A stretch of DNA of 64,000 nucleotides from a virus: the UHGV virus genome UHGV-1378817; one strand, 5' to 3'. Position 1 is the stretch's first letter. Each line of letters starts with the position of its first letter. This document shows, one piece after another, positions 27,174-36,569 of the stretch. The translations under genes were made by a program, and so were the position numbers. A model generated the notes under the pieces. The model saw only the letters and a list, made by a program, of their open reading frames with translations, searched no databases and was not told the origin of the DNA.

Positions 27174-29510
27174 TTACCAAAGGTCGGTAGACATGAAGTT
27201 GATATCTTTATTGTTCTCCCACTCAAGTTTTGCATCAAATATTTTGTTAAACTCACCCTCATCTATTGAAATCGTGATTTTCCCATCACTGATCTCTAAA
27301 GGTAGCATTTCCATAGTTCTTAATTGAGAAGCAAAACCAGGGCCACCCGGCAACGGAAGAGTCCCGCCCGGTAAGGTGTCCAAAGGATTAACAAACCCGT
27401 TACCTCCCGATATGATATCTTTGCGAATCATATCGCTGATAGTATCCAGCTGCTGATTTCTTTCACTTAGTGGGTTGTAACGGTCATTAAATAATTCCCC
27501 GGCGCTTAGTATTGTACCGATAATGCCCAGCTTACCGAGCAGACCAACTTTGCCACCAGGTGTCTTGAGACCACCTCCACCTTTTCCTGCCGGAGCTCCA
27601 CCACCAGATCCTTCTGTAGTAGCGGCACCCGCTGCTCCAGCTGCACCTCTTAGAGAGTTAAGGAATTTAAAGGTTTTTACAAGCATGGATGCCATGACAA
27701 AACCTTTTGTTAGGGCGTTGACTACCAGCATGATGGCAGCAGCAAACCCTGCCCATTTAGCATAGCTAAAGGTGTCATGAAGCTCTTCAGAATATTCCTT
27801 CGTCTTAGCTGTTATGAATCCCCATTTAATCCCCCATTCAAGGAAAAACATGCGGATCTTGACTATAGTGTTGTTTAGTTCACCAACTACCCAGTTAAGG
27901 CCTCTCACAAACCCGCTAACAAAATCACCAGAGGCATCCCACACAAATTGCAGAGTCTCACCCGTGCGGATTAGTGTATAATAGAACTCTGTTAGTTCGT
28001 CAGACCAACGGGTGAACAGTTTCTGACGAGTCAGTTCGATGAAGGTTTTCAGTCTGTTTTCTGCCAGCACGTTAGACTTCTGCATTCTTTCATAACCAGC
28101 TGCAGATGCCTCGTTCATGTACTTAGCCACATACTTCATGATCTTGGCTGTTTTAACCTCACCTTTCTTCATCATGTCCATGAACTGATCCATGGAGAGT
28201 TCAGAAAGACCAAAAGCCTCTTTGGTGGCCTTGATAAAAGGTTCGTATGCACCAGGCAAGGCTTCAGCAAGTTGTTGCTTCAGTTCTTCGGACATTACTT
28301 GTCCCTTGCCAAGCATCTGTTGGATTGCCATAATACCGCGCTGGTATTTTACCTCATCAGCACCATAAGCAGCAGCGTACTGGGAGTATGCAGAAAACAG
28401 CTCATGCACTTCCTGATTTGTCATCTGGTTTTTGGCGTTTACCGACATCTGGGCGTAACCTTGAAGACCAGATTTGAGATCAAAACCAAGACGCATAGCC
28501 TCTTGCTGGACAAACGCAACCTCACTGTTGGCTTTGTTTGGATCTCCAGTAACAGCAGTAAGAGCAGCACTTGCCCCCTCCATCATGTGACCGGATCTAT
28601 TAACCGCAGCAAATCCAGAAAAAGCTGTATACGCAGCTGTTGCATTAATAACAGATCTACGTAAGTCTCTCATGGCATCGCCTAGTGTAAGCGTTTGGCT
28701 GGTGGCGCTTTTAAACCCAGACTGCAGCGCTGACAGGTGGGCGTTAAAGGTTGACTTTTTCATCTCCCCGCGAGCAAACCTGGACTCTAACTCTGAGTAT
28801 CCTGGCAAGCTTCCACGGAATCCGGCCCCATACTTGGCAGAAAGTCTTATCGCGGAGTTGTAGAGGTGGGTTCTTCTTGCCTCACGATCCGACATAAGCC
28901 TATTATCCATACCAGCTTTACCATCCCTTCTTAGCTGTCTATGATAACGATTCATAGCAGCTGTCTGAGCTTTTACAAGATTAGGGTCGGAAGCCACACC
29001 ACCCATATTAGGGTTACCGGGGATATATTTGAAAGCTTTGGCATTAGCCAGAACTCTTGCCTTAGGTGCCTTATAACCGCCGTAAGACACTGGTGCAGAT
29101 TTGGCAGCCTTTTTGGCCTCTTTAGCTTGCTGCTGGTAGAACTTACGCATCCTAGCCATTTCTGGATTTTTAGCGGTAAGATTACCTACAGCTTGTTTAC
29201 GTCTCGCATTCTCCCTACGTTCTATTGCAGCCCTTACTGCAGCCTCTTTCTTGGCCTGTGCTACGCTCTCCCTGTGAAGTTTAGCATTTGCCTGAGATTG
29301 CTGTCTGGCAACCCTCTGCATTGTCTGCTGGGTTTTAACAGCTACCGCCTGCCATCTACTCATGGGGTTGGCTGAGTTAAAATCCTCACCTAGTTTCCTG
29401 AACTCCCTCCCAATACTGCGAATTTTCTCTACAGCTTTTTTGTAGGAGGAGTTCTCTATCTCAAAGCCAATCTTGTTGACTGTTGTGGCAACTATTTTGT
29501 TTGTAGCCAT
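27174..29510 (-). CDS. tail tape measure protein (778 aa)
   Basis: Long alpha-helical Ala/Gln/Lys-rich N-terminal half, central hydrophobic segments, Gly-rich tract (GAAGAAGAATTEGSGGGAPAGKGGGG), directly downstream of G/GT chaperone pair. Confidence 0.7.
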   Translation of the reverse strand: MATNKIVATTVNKIGFEIENSSYKKAVEKIRSIGREFRKLGEDFNSANPMSRWQAVAVKTQQTMQRVARQQSQANAKLHRESVAQAKKEAAVRAAIERRENARRKQAVGNLTAKNPEMARMRKFYQQQAKEAKKAAKSAPVSYGGYKAPKARVLANAKAFKYIPGNPNMGGVASDPNLVKAQTAAMNRYHRQLRRDGKAGMDNRLMSDREARRTHLYNSAIRLSAKYGAGFRGSLPGYSELESRFARGEMKKSTFNAHLSALQSGFKSATSQTLTLGDAMRDLRRSVINATAAYTAFSGFAAVNRSGHMMEGASAALTAVTGDPNKANSEVAFVQQEAMRLGFDLKSGLQGYAQMSVNAKNQMTNQEVHELFSAYSQYAAAYGADEVKYQRGIMAIQQMLGKGQVMSEELKQQLAEALPGAYEPFIKATKEAFGLSELSMDQFMDMMKKGEVKTAKIMKYVAKYMNEASAAGYERMQKSNVLAENRLKTFIELTRQKLFTRWSDELTEFYYTLIRTGETLQFVWDASGDFVSGFVRGLNWVVGELNNTIVKIRMFFLEWGIKWGFITAKTKEYSEELHDTFSYAKWAGFAAAIMLVVNALTKGFVMASMLVKTFKFLNSLRGAAGAAGAATTEGSGGGAPAGKGGGGLKTPGGKVGLLGKLGIIGTILSAGELFNDRYNPLSERNQQLDTISDMIRKDIISGGNGFVNPLDTLPGGTLPLPGGPGFASQLRTMEMLPLEISDGKITISIDEGEFNKIFDAKLEWENNKDINFMSTDLW

Positions 29511-29517
29511 GGTTTCC

Positions 29518-29561
29518 TCATAATAAAAAGGGCCAGATCCCAGAAAAGGAATCCGGCCCTT
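29518..29561 (-). terminator. candidate terminator/hairpin between chaperone and tape measure genes
   Basis: 7-bp stem AAGGGCC/GGCCCUU with large internal loop, then UUUUUAUUAU on minus transcript, then GAGGAAAC SD and the tape measure ATG. Confidence 0.35.
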
Positions 29562-29564
29562 AGA

Positions 29565-29813
29565 TTATCCTCTCCTGCGCTTAGCTTTCGCAGCAGCTGC
29601 GGCAGCCTTCTGCTCCCGCTCCATTTCCCTGTTTTGGACGGTATCTAGGAATTCTTCGATATCAAGATACTCACAGAGCTTCAGGAAATACGCCATATCT
29701 GCAAGATTTAGCGATTCAAAATTTTCCCCTTTGAAATTCTTGAGCACCCTGCACCAAAGAAAGTCGAACCAGTTAAGTGAACTGTTCTTGGCTGCCCACT
29801 CACTGGCCCTCAC
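29565..29813 (-). CDS. tail assembly chaperone -1 frame extension (gpT-like), probably expressed as a fusion with 29825..30298
   Basis: This frame is -1 relative to the upstream chaperone ORF and stays open from the slippery site (plus 29924-29930) to the stop at 29565; C-terminus Ala/Lys/Arg-rich. Confidence 0.5.
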   Translation of the reverse strand: MRASEWAAKNSSLNWFDFLWCRVLKNFKGENFESLNLADMAYFLKLCEYLDIEEFLDTVQNREMEREQKAAAAAAKAKRRRG

Positions 29814-29824
29814 AACAACCTTGC

Positions 29825-30298
29825 TTATTCCTGCTCTTCCGGAGTCTGATCCAGGTTGTTCACCTGCTGAATCATACCCATCTGCTGTAACATCTCCAGA
29901 AGGCTTCCTAAACCGTCTTGTGTGAAAAAACAGCCGTAGTTAACCTCCAGAACCTTACCTGCCAGCTTAATCATCTCCAGCAGATGCCCTGCAAACACAA
30001 CATCCGGGTTAAGCTTATCCACACCATCTACGGTAATATCTTCGAACAAAATTTTAAATAACTCTTCAATAGAGTTATCATCAAGTTCTTGGAACAGGTA
30101 AGCCAGAGCAGTAGGAAGGACTTCTGCCATGTTCTGACCGCCTGAGATAATAGATCCGCCGATAGCACCTAGCGGGACAGCCACAATCTTACCGATTTTA
30201 GGCATGTTTTTCATTGCTTTCATCGGTCCCCAGTGGGTGATCACAAAGTTGTGCCCTGCTAAATCAATCTCTGTTGTAGGTCTAAAGTTTATAGCCAT
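29825..30298 (-). CDS. tail assembly chaperone (gpG-like, 157 aa)
   Basis: First gene after promoter at 30342-30370; acidic C-terminus; immediately upstream of tape measure gene; contains slippery heptamer. Confidence 0.55.
   Translation of the reverse strand: MAINFRPTTEIDLAGHNFVITHWGPMKAMKNMPKIGKIVAVPLGAIGGSIISGGQNMAEVLPTALAYLFQELDDNSIEELFKILFEDITVDGVDKLNPDVVFAGHLLEMIKLAGKVLEVNYGCFFTQDGLGSLLEMLQQMGMIQQVNNLDQTPEEQE
29924..29930 (-). promoter_or_regulatory. candidate -1 ribosomal frameshift slippery heptamer U_UUU_UUC
   Basis: In the zero frame of 29825..30298 the sequence reads tgT TTT TTC (C-F-F); the heptamer fits X_XXY_YYZ and the -1 frame is open downstream. Confidence 0.5.
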
Positions 30299-30341
30299 TT
30301 TATAGCATCCTTATTAGTCATGTTGTGCACCATATTTGTGT

Positions 30342-30370
30342 ATTTTACCATGATTATGGTGCATTGTCAA
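30342..30370 (-). promoter_or_regulatory. near-consensus promoter TTGACA-17-TGG-TAAAAT
   Basis: Minus strand reads TTGACA ATGCACCATAATCATGG TAAAAT; sits between tube-gene terminator and chaperone gene start (30298). Confidence 0.5.
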
Positions 30371-30410
30371 TTTAACCTTTCAAGCAATTCAAGAACGTGT
30401 GTCAAAACCA

Positions 30411-30442
30411 TAAAAGCAAAAAGCCCCACCCGAAGGTGAGGC
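30411..30442 (-). terminator. intrinsic terminator after tail tube gene (UUCG loop)
   Basis: Plus GCCCCACC-CGAA-GGTGAGGC; minus transcript hairpin followed by UUUUUGCUUUUA. Confidence 0.6.
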
Positions 30443-30460
30443 TTATGCTAAAGTGTGCCC

Positions 30461-30934
30461 TTAGATAATACCTGCAAGACCTGCGAGGCCAGTAAGAGCA
30501 CCAGTGATGTTATCACGGTTGAGCCATGCATCCAGAATACCGATATCCCAGTCCAGTTGACCTACTTCGGTTCCGTAAGTCAGGTCAGGCTGTTTCTGGA
30601 TCCAACCGATTGTGGAAATACCAGGACCCTGGCTACCTTCCAGCAGAACCGGGAAGAATACCAGGCCAGTAATCGATGCCTGTTTCTGCCAGTCAGAAAG
30701 GTAAGCGTTCCATACAGAAGTGTTCTGCAAAGACACGGTCATAACACCGGATTGGTTACGGGACAGAGCCGCAGACATTTCACCATCCACACCGACGTGA
30801 GGATAAATGTTGTCTTCGTTTCTTGAAACAACAATCTTGGTGTCAGCAGCGAAGCCAGTGACACGCTGCTGCATCAGATACAGTTTGACCTTTTTAGGGT
30901 CATACGCATAAGGAGTTAAAATTTGAGTTTCCAT
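30461..30934 (-). CDS. tail tube protein (157 aa)
   Basis: Size and position (between sheath and chaperones); strong terminator downstream as expected for an abundant structural gene. Confidence 0.6.
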   Translation of the reverse strand: METQILTPYAYDPKKVKLYLMQQRVTGFAADTKIVVSRNEDNIYPHVGVDGEMSAALSRNQSGVMTVSLQNTSVWNAYLSDWQKQASITGLVFFPVLLEGSQGPGISTIGWIQKQPDLTYGTEVGQLDWDIGILDAWLNRDNITGALTGLAGLAGII

Positions 30935-30944
30935 CTAGGCTTCC

Positions 30945-32321
30945 TTATTCAGTCATTGCAACAGCATTGGTGGATTTAGAACCAACTTTGTCCAGAAGGA
31001 CGTTGATCCGGATACGAACGAAGTGCAGGGCGTTATTATACACCAGTTCTACTTTCACACCTTCCAGAACACGAGCAGCCAACTGATTGGTTGGGATTTC
31101 TGCACGTTTAGGAACTGTGATGATCGGGTCGTAGAATACATTATTGTCTTCGTCGAAACCTGTCAGGATCGCACCATTCTTAATGCCAGTGTTGATTGGG
31201 TTGTTCATCAGGACAGACTTGATAACCGGAAGATCATCATCAGACATCTTCATGCTTAAACCCATATTAGAGCGACGATGCATGTACCCAAACATAGATT
31301 CTTCAGATCTGAACTTGATCCAGTGTGCAAAACGAATAGCGTCTGCATACTGGCCTGAAGCACACTTGCCTTCCCAGAAAGCACCAACACCGTTAATCAT
31401 TCTGTAGAAGTTAACGTGGTTTTCCCAAATCGCCATACGCTGAGTTAAAGTCATAGATGGTGCAATCACACCCGGCATCTGTTTTAAATGCAAGCTGTCA
31501 CCGTAAGACGGATCGTTGGATGCCATAGCGCCTACGATACCACCCTCTGGAAAATCTTTATCAGCACGAGGGTCGTACATGCCAACACTGTCATATTGTG
31601 CAGCCATCAGTTTGGTGGCGATGTTATTATCTTTACCAGTCACATCTTCTGCAGTAGAGTAGACATGCAGTTTGTAGTTAGCCTGAGCCCACTTAGCACA
31701 TGCTTCAATGTCGGTGTGGTCTTCATGGCACAGGAAGTACCAATTGTCACGCTCAGCATTGATCTTATCAACCACTGTAGAAGGTTTTTCAGCATTGGCG
31801 ATATTTTTGATTGTATAGTTACCGGTATGGTAACCAACAGTACAGTCACCAGTGATAGTGATAACACCATCATCAGCCTCTACGGTGATATCGTTCAAGC
31901 TATCATCTGCTTCAATTTTAGTCTTCATTGACTCTGCAATCTGAGTTGCACCTGTTCCACCAGAGATAGGTACTATCAAAGAAGTATTGTAGCTACCTTT
32001 TGCAATAGTCATTACGACATCGGTATCAGCTGCGGCAGCAATACCTTTAAAATCTACAGTGGTCTTTTCTTTGGCCTGTCTGCCGATCATAACGTATTGT
32101 GGAGGGAATACACCACCAAAAGCTTTTGCTGCAAACTCATACGCTGCAGAGCCTTGTGCGAAACCATCTTCCACCATCTGATCCAGCTCTGCATATACGC
32201 GAGCTCGCTCAGTAAAGTTGTTGTGGATAGCGATGAACAGGGGAGTTTCGAAACCTACAGTGTCTATAGGCTGGGTTCCGAGGTTAACTGTAACATCTAC
32301 CACTTTATCTAAATATGGCAT
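30945..32321 (-). CDS. tail sheath protein (458 aa)
   Basis: 458-aa ORF immediately upstream of tube gene; AAGAGGAAAC SD; order sheath-tube-chaperones-tape measure typical of contractile tails. Confidence 0.6.
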   Translation of the reverse strand: MPYLDKVVDVTVNLGTQPIDTVGFETPLFIAIHNNFTERARVYAELDQMVEDGFAQGSAAYEFAAKAFGGVFPPQYVMIGRQAKEKTTVDFKGIAAAADTDVVMTIAKGSYNTSLIVPISGGTGATQIAESMKTKIEADDSLNDITVEADDGVITITGDCTVGYHTGNYTIKNIANAEKPSTVVDKINAERDNWYFLCHEDHTDIEACAKWAQANYKLHVYSTAEDVTGKDNNIATKLMAAQYDSVGMYDPRADKDFPEGGIVGAMASNDPSYGDSLHLKQMPGVIAPSMTLTQRMAIWENHVNFYRMINGVGAFWEGKCASGQYADAIRFAHWIKFRSEESMFGYMHRRSNMGLSMKMSDDDLPVIKSVLMNNPINTGIKNGAILTGFDEDNNVFYDPIITVPKRAEIPTNQLAARVLEGVKVELVYNNALHFVRIRINVLLDKVGSKSTNAVAMTE

Positions 32322-32362
32322 TTGTTTCCTCTTAATATCTGTGCACGGATATCAAACACGCA

Positions 32363-32389
32363 GTGTAATCATTACACTACACAATTATA
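32363..32389 (-). promoter_or_regulatory. candidate -10 element (TATAAT) followed by palindromic 5' leader element upstream of sheath gene
   Basis: Minus strand TATAAT (plus 32384-32389) then palindrome GTGTAAT-G-ATTACAC (plus 32363-32377); -35 region is weak. Confidence 0.3.
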
Positions 32390-32393
32390 ACGA

Positions 32394-32945
32394 TTACTGA
32401 CCACTGTCTGTAACCGCTTTACCAGAATTGGGTGAAGGGAAGTGTGTGGTTATTTCAGCCTTAATTCCCTGAAGATCCTCAAAAGCCCCAATGTCTGTTT
32501 CAACAAACCTTACGTTAAATGTCAGCATCACAGTGGCTCTATTTTCATACATCTGCTTATTCAACGGCACTCTTTGAGGTGAGATTGTTGAATTGTTAGA
32601 GTAGGCAAAGCACGATCCCAGAGGGAAATACTTGTCATAAAACATTGGAAGGTTTATTGCTTGCAATACTCTGCTAAGTGCAGCATATGCCCTGCCACGA
32701 TAAGCTGTTAACAGATAAGTAACAGTATAGCTGTGGGTGACGTAAGCATTACCCTCCGCGTCTTGAAACTCATTATCTTCCCAAGTGGTTGGATTGATCG
32801 CCAAGGTTTGTAAAAGTACAAACTCACCTTCCGGCTTAGGTATGGTAGAGCTTTCTGCCAGAACTACAGTTCTTCCTGTGGCAACCTTGACGAGCTTGGC
32901 AATGGTTGTTTCAAGATCAGAAAAAACTTTTTCGAAAGCTTCCAT
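32394..32945 (-). CDS. neck / tail completion protein (183 aa)
   Basis: ORF between head-tail joining genes and sheath; position only. Confidence 0.4.
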   Translation of the reverse strand: MEAFEKVFSDLETTIAKLVKVATGRTVVLAESSTIPKPEGEFVLLQTLAINPTTWEDNEFQDAEGNAYVTHSYTVTYLLTAYRGRAYAALSRVLQAINLPMFYDKYFPLGSCFAYSNNSTISPQRVPLNKQMYENRATVMLTFNVRFVETDIGAFEDLQGIKAEITTHFPSPNSGKAVTDSGQ

Positions 32946-33370
32946 CAGTTTTCTCCTTCAGGCTCTTCTACCACAAAAAATCTATATCTCCCACCACCAG
33001 AGGTAACATATGCATCGCATTTTAAAACAGTAAACCATTTCAAGTCACCACGGATGTCGGGCAGCTGAATTTGGTCAGCCATTGCATATGTTCCTTCATC
33101 CGGACTGTACAACTTGGTTGAGGAGTAAACTGTAAAAGCCTCGTACTGTCTGTCACCTTCAGGGTTTATTTGAGAGGAGTAATCTTTGGCTGCCCTTCCT
33201 GTCAACGGCTGCACAACACACTCTAAGACATCAAACTCTTCATACTCAAGTTCTAACCCCTCGTTGGCAAAAGGGCCACCAACTGTTTTGTTATACACTC
33301 TGTGGCGACCTTTGAATGTTTTACGAGGTATTAGTCTGTTCTTTCCTATCAGCTTATAACCTGCTGCCAC
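32945..33370 (-). CDS. head-tail joining protein (141 aa)
   Basis: ORF coupled by 1-nt overlap to downstream gene; position only. Confidence 0.4.
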   Translation of the reverse strand: MAAGYKLIGKNRLIPRKTFKGRHRVYNKTVGGPFANEGLELEYEEFDVLECVVQPLTGRAAKDYSSQINPEGDRQYEAFTVYSSTKLYSPDEGTYAMADQIQLPDIRGDLKWFTVLKCDAYVTSGGGRYRFFVVEEPEGEN

Positions 33371-33385
33371 TCAACCCCCTTATTT

Positions 33386-33844
33386 TCACTGTCCGATTTT
33401 AAAGGTTGCAGATTCAAGCAGCACATCGTAATGCCGCATAGCCTCGTTGAAGCCCTTTTCTTGTGCCCACTGCTCACTAACAGTAGGATTACTAAACTGC
33501 CCAGCCTCAATAACAAACTGAATAGCTTTGGCCCCTGTGTCCCCCATCTGCTTAAGAATATCCTCTGCACTTGATCCTCTAGCCATAGCTCTCAACAATT
33601 TTTCTGTCAAGGTCTGTAGTTGAGTACTATGAAATGCAAAGGCTGTCTCCATGAAATTGCGAACAGGCAGCCCGTTCCAACCGAAGTTGTGAATGGCTGC
33701 CAATGTTGCCATATTTAAGCCTGACGGGTGAGGTTCGTCATAAAAGCCGTAGGTTATTGTTTTACTTTCAAGTCTCACAAGGTCTTTGTAGAAGCGATCT
33801 AAACGCTTTAGGTTGAACCTTGTTTGACATTTAACCTTTAGCAT
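33386..33844 (-). CDS. head-tail connector region protein (start revised to ATG 33844)
   Basis: Track ORF starts at GTG 33856; ATG at 33844 has GAGGGA SD upstream and lies just downstream of a TGGTAAAATA promoter-like site. Confidence 0.4.
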   Translation of the reverse strand: MLKVKCQTRFNLKRLDRFYKDLVRLESKTITYGFYDEPHPSGLNMATLAAIHNFGWNGLPVRNFMETAFAFHSTQLQTLTEKLLRAMARGSSAEDILKQMGDTGAKAIQFVIEAGQFSNPTVSEQWAQEKGFNEAMRHYDVLLESATFKIGQ

Positions 33845-33862
33845 TATATCCCTCACTAATGT

Positions 33863-33891
33863 ATTTTACCACAAAGATACATCAAAAGCAA
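33863..33891 (-). promoter_or_regulatory. candidate promoter (weak -35 TTGCTT, TGG-TAAAAT extended -10)
   Basis: Minus strand TGTGG TAAAAT ACATTAG; shares TGGTAAAATAC with the promoters at 10689 and 30342. Confidence 0.3.
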
Positions 33892-33897
33892 CAATTT

Positions 33898-34518
33898 TTA
33901 AAAACTGCGTTTGCGTCTTGGGTGGCGAGGAGGTTGGTTATTTAGACCACTGATAGGTGTAATCCCCTGGACATCAAACGGTCCGTTGCTGTTTTCATTA
34001 AATTTAACCCGAATTCCTTCGTCTACACGAACACCACCAATGATAATCATTCTGCTGTAAGCATCCAGTTCAGAATCTACATAGTCAGGGTGTGCCAGCA
34101 GCCAATCAAGGAAATCTTTCCATTGGGCGTAGGAAGATCCACCACGAATCTCTATGGTCTCATCACCTATTTTTTCCAGACGGGAAGTTATACTTGCATT
34201 ACCGCTGGACACTTCCTGCATCATCAGCCACCTCACAAGCTGCACAAGCACATTGTACTTAAGCAGAGGTAGCTTATCAGGATCTGCCGGATAATTTAGT
34301 TTCAGCTTCTCCATGTCAAGGAATGTTTTAATTACCTCGTCAGGGAGGGTTTCCTCATCAACATTGCCAAGCAACAACCTCATAATATTAATAAGAGGTT
34401 GATCTGGATCAGGTTCCGGAGGTACAGGATCTTCTTTTGGTGGTTCTTCTGGGGTATCAACTACACCATCATGGTTAGGCGGGGACGGGATAATCTCTTC
34501 ATCTTCATACCATGCCAT
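33898..34518 (-). CDS. structural protein with Pro/Glu-rich N-terminal linker (start revised)
   Basis: Track ORF extends through an upstream terminator to 34575; ATG at 34518 (MAWYEDEE) follows the terminator and a GAGG SD. Confidence 0.4.
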   Translation of the reverse strand: MAWYEDEEIIPSPPNHDGVVDTPEEPPKEDPVPPEPDPDQPLINIMRLLLGNVDEETLPDEVIKTFLDMEKLKLNYPADPDKLPLLKYNVLVQLVRWLMMQEVSSGNASITSRLEKIGDETIEIRGGSSYAQWKDFLDWLLAHPDYVDSELDAYSRMIIIGGVRVDEGIRVKFNENSNGPFDVQGITPISGLNNQPPRHPRRKRSF

Positions 34519-34530
34519 TTGAAAATACCT

Positions 34531-34568
34531 CGTAAAAATAAAGCCCCATTCCTGATTTGGAAGGGGCC
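34531..34568 (-). terminator. intrinsic terminator
   Basis: Minus transcript GGCCCCUUCC-AAAUCA-GGAAUGGGGCU then UUUAUUUUUACG; downstream of stop of 34578..35426. Confidence 0.5.
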
Positions 34569-34577
34569 TTAACAAAA

Positions 34578-35426
34578 TTATGCCAGTGCAGCCTCAAAAT
34601 CTTTCATCATATTTTGGAAAGTTTTTGCCTTACTTAAGGTAACACCGTACTCTTTGGCGAAGGCTTGAAGTGCATCTTTTGAACCACTTTTGTCATCTTC
34701 GTTGTTAAGAGCTGCTGCCTGCTGTAGCAGGGCATCAACATCACTGCGAGAAGATCTTGATTCTTGTGCCTGTTCAGGATCCTGCTCAGTGCCTTCCTCC
34801 GGTACAGTCGGGCCTTGGGATTCTTCACCACCACCACCAGGTTCAGTAGGACCTACAGGCGGCTCCGGCTCTGGTTCAGGCGGTGGAGCTATCGTAGAGA
34901 CCAGTCCAAGATTTACAACCTGAGAACGTTTCTTAGGCCACTCAATGGTGAAAGTTTGGGTATCTTCTTCATAAACAATGCTGCATTGCTCATCGTTTAT
35001 GGTCACTTTTTTAGGCATCCCTACAGGGTCCCATAGATGGCCCTCTGCCACGGAAACTTGGAAAGCCGCATCTACCTCTTTAAACACTGACGGGGTGAGT
35101 GTGATATTGACATCCCCGCTTTGCAGTGTTAAAGTGCTTTCATCAAGGTTCTCTGTGAAGAACAGAAGAATAACACCCATACGGATAGTTGAAATACCAG
35201 TATCAATTGGCAGTCCTGTATGTTTTGCAATCTTCTCGAAGAAGTCTACAATCGTTCTGCACGGATAGTGAACACTGCCGATAACGAATTCTGTTGGTGG
35301 CAGCAGGGCTGATAAACCAACATTGATTTCTGGATTATATTGTGCTAAAAATTGATAAAAACTTAACTGATTGTTGAAAACTCTTAATAGAGGATCATAC
35401 TCAACTGGGTAGACGGTTCGCTTCAC
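34578..35426 (-). CDS. head-associated protein with acidic Pro-rich linker (282 aa)
   Basis: GTG start with AGGAG SD; PPPEPEPEPPVGPTEPGGGGEE low-complexity linker; first gene after capsid-gene terminator. Confidence 0.4.
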   Translation of the reverse strand: MKRTVYPVEYDPLLRVFNNQLSFYQFLAQYNPEINVGLSALLPPTEFVIGSVHYPCRTIVDFFEKIAKHTGLPIDTGISTIRMGVILLFFTENLDESTLTLQSGDVNITLTPSVFKEVDAAFQVSVAEGHLWDPVGMPKKVTINDEQCSIVYEEDTQTFTIEWPKKRSQVVNLGLVSTIAPPPEPEPEPPVGPTEPGGGGEESQGPTVPEEGTEQDPEQAQESRSSRSDVDALLQQAAALNNEDDKSGSKDALQAFAKEYGVTLSKAKTFQNMMKDFEAALA

Positions 35427-35447
35427 GGGACACTCCTGTTAAACCCT

Positions 35448-35483
35448 AATAAATAAAAAGGGGAGGGGGAGAACCCCCTCCCC
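35448..35483 (-). terminator. strong intrinsic terminator after major capsid gene
   Basis: Perfect 10-bp GC stem GGGGAGGGGG-AGAA-CCCCCUCCCC (plus 35460-35483); minus transcript followed by UUUUUAUUUAUU. Confidence 0.65.
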
Positions 35484-35507
35484 ATATGGGATGAATCACA
35501 TCAGTGA

Positions 35508-36518
35508 TTATTCACCACCTTTCAGAGTTGCTTTAACAACCAGCTCTGGACGGGTGTTAACTGCCAGCATGGAAGTTTCAGATTCAATCTTCTCTTCACG
35601 CAGGTATGCAGAGTGTTTATACCACATGTACAGTTCCTGTGCTGGAGTGTTTGCTTCGTTAACATCGTCTGCCGGAGCAAAGTGCAGCTGGAACATCTGA
35701 TCAATACCCATCGGCAGAATGCGAGCTTCTTTCTTAGGAATATTGCCAGAGATATCTTCAATAAAGGTGATACCTTTATGCTCAAACACACGGTATACGC
35801 TGTCTTGACCGCCAGCACCCAGACGGCGACGCAGAGGTTCCTGAGCAGAGCCGTAATAGGTGTATGCCAGTTCTACCAGCGGGTGATGAGTAACAGCACT
35901 GAAGAACTCCGGTGAGCACAGAGCTACAATGCGATAGCCAGCTGCGTTATCACCAGCTTGCAGTGCGATGTGCAGACGAGCTTCTTCCAGAACCTCCATA
36001 GGATCCTGATCTGCTTTTGCAGGGTCGATCTCAACAGACTTCTGAGACACACCCCACAGAGTGTAGTAATCATACTGGCAGGTAGCGTCACCAGGTGCAT
36101 AGGATTTACCAAGAATAGCCTGGAACAGCGCTTTCTCACGCAGTGCTTCATGGGAAACACGGATACGGCGAACAACGCGGGTTACTACGTCCTGAACAGT
36201 TTTCGGAGCATCAGGAGTGAAGTAACGACGGAAGTTCTGGACATCTGCAGCAGTGATACCTTTATCCAGAGGGAAGAACGGGATGTTCAGGTTTTTAACC
36301 TGAGCACGTTCATTACCAACGTAGTTACGCTCACCACCACGACGGCGTGCCGGAATGTCGGTTACAACTTCATCAACACGCTCAATCTGAGCAATTGTTG
36401 AGGTGCCAAGACGAGTTTCGAACAGATCCATGCCGGTAATCAGGCGAAATTGACGCGGAACAAGGTCCAGAGTAGCACCTAAATCGACAATGCCAAATTC
36501 ATCTTTACGAGTAATCAT
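35508..36518 (-). CDS. major capsid protein (336 aa)
   Basis: Size, position after scaffold/decoration genes, GGAGAAATAA SD, and a very strong terminator immediately downstream. Confidence 0.65.
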   Translation of the reverse strand: MITRKDEFGIVDLGATLDLVPRQFRLITGMDLFETRLGTSTIAQIERVDEVVTDIPARRRGGERNYVGNERAQVKNLNIPFFPLDKGITAADVQNFRRYFTPDAPKTVQDVVTRVVRRIRVSHEALREKALFQAILGKSYAPGDATCQYDYYTLWGVSQKSVEIDPAKADQDPMEVLEEARLHIALQAGDNAAGYRIVALCSPEFFSAVTHHPLVELAYTYYGSAQEPLRRRLGAGGQDSVYRVFEHKGITFIEDISGNIPKKEARILPMGIDQMFQLHFAPADDVNEANTPAQELYMWYKHSAYLREEKIESETSMLAVNTRPELVVKATLKGGE

Positions 36519-36569
36519 TTATTTCTCCAAAGTAAAACTTAAATATTTTCCCGAACAATTTAGGGCTTA

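Noticed and set aside
33898-34575. Track N-terminal extension of ORF to 34575
   Set aside because: Extension reads through an intrinsic terminator hairpin; ATG at 34518 just downstream of the terminator is preferred.
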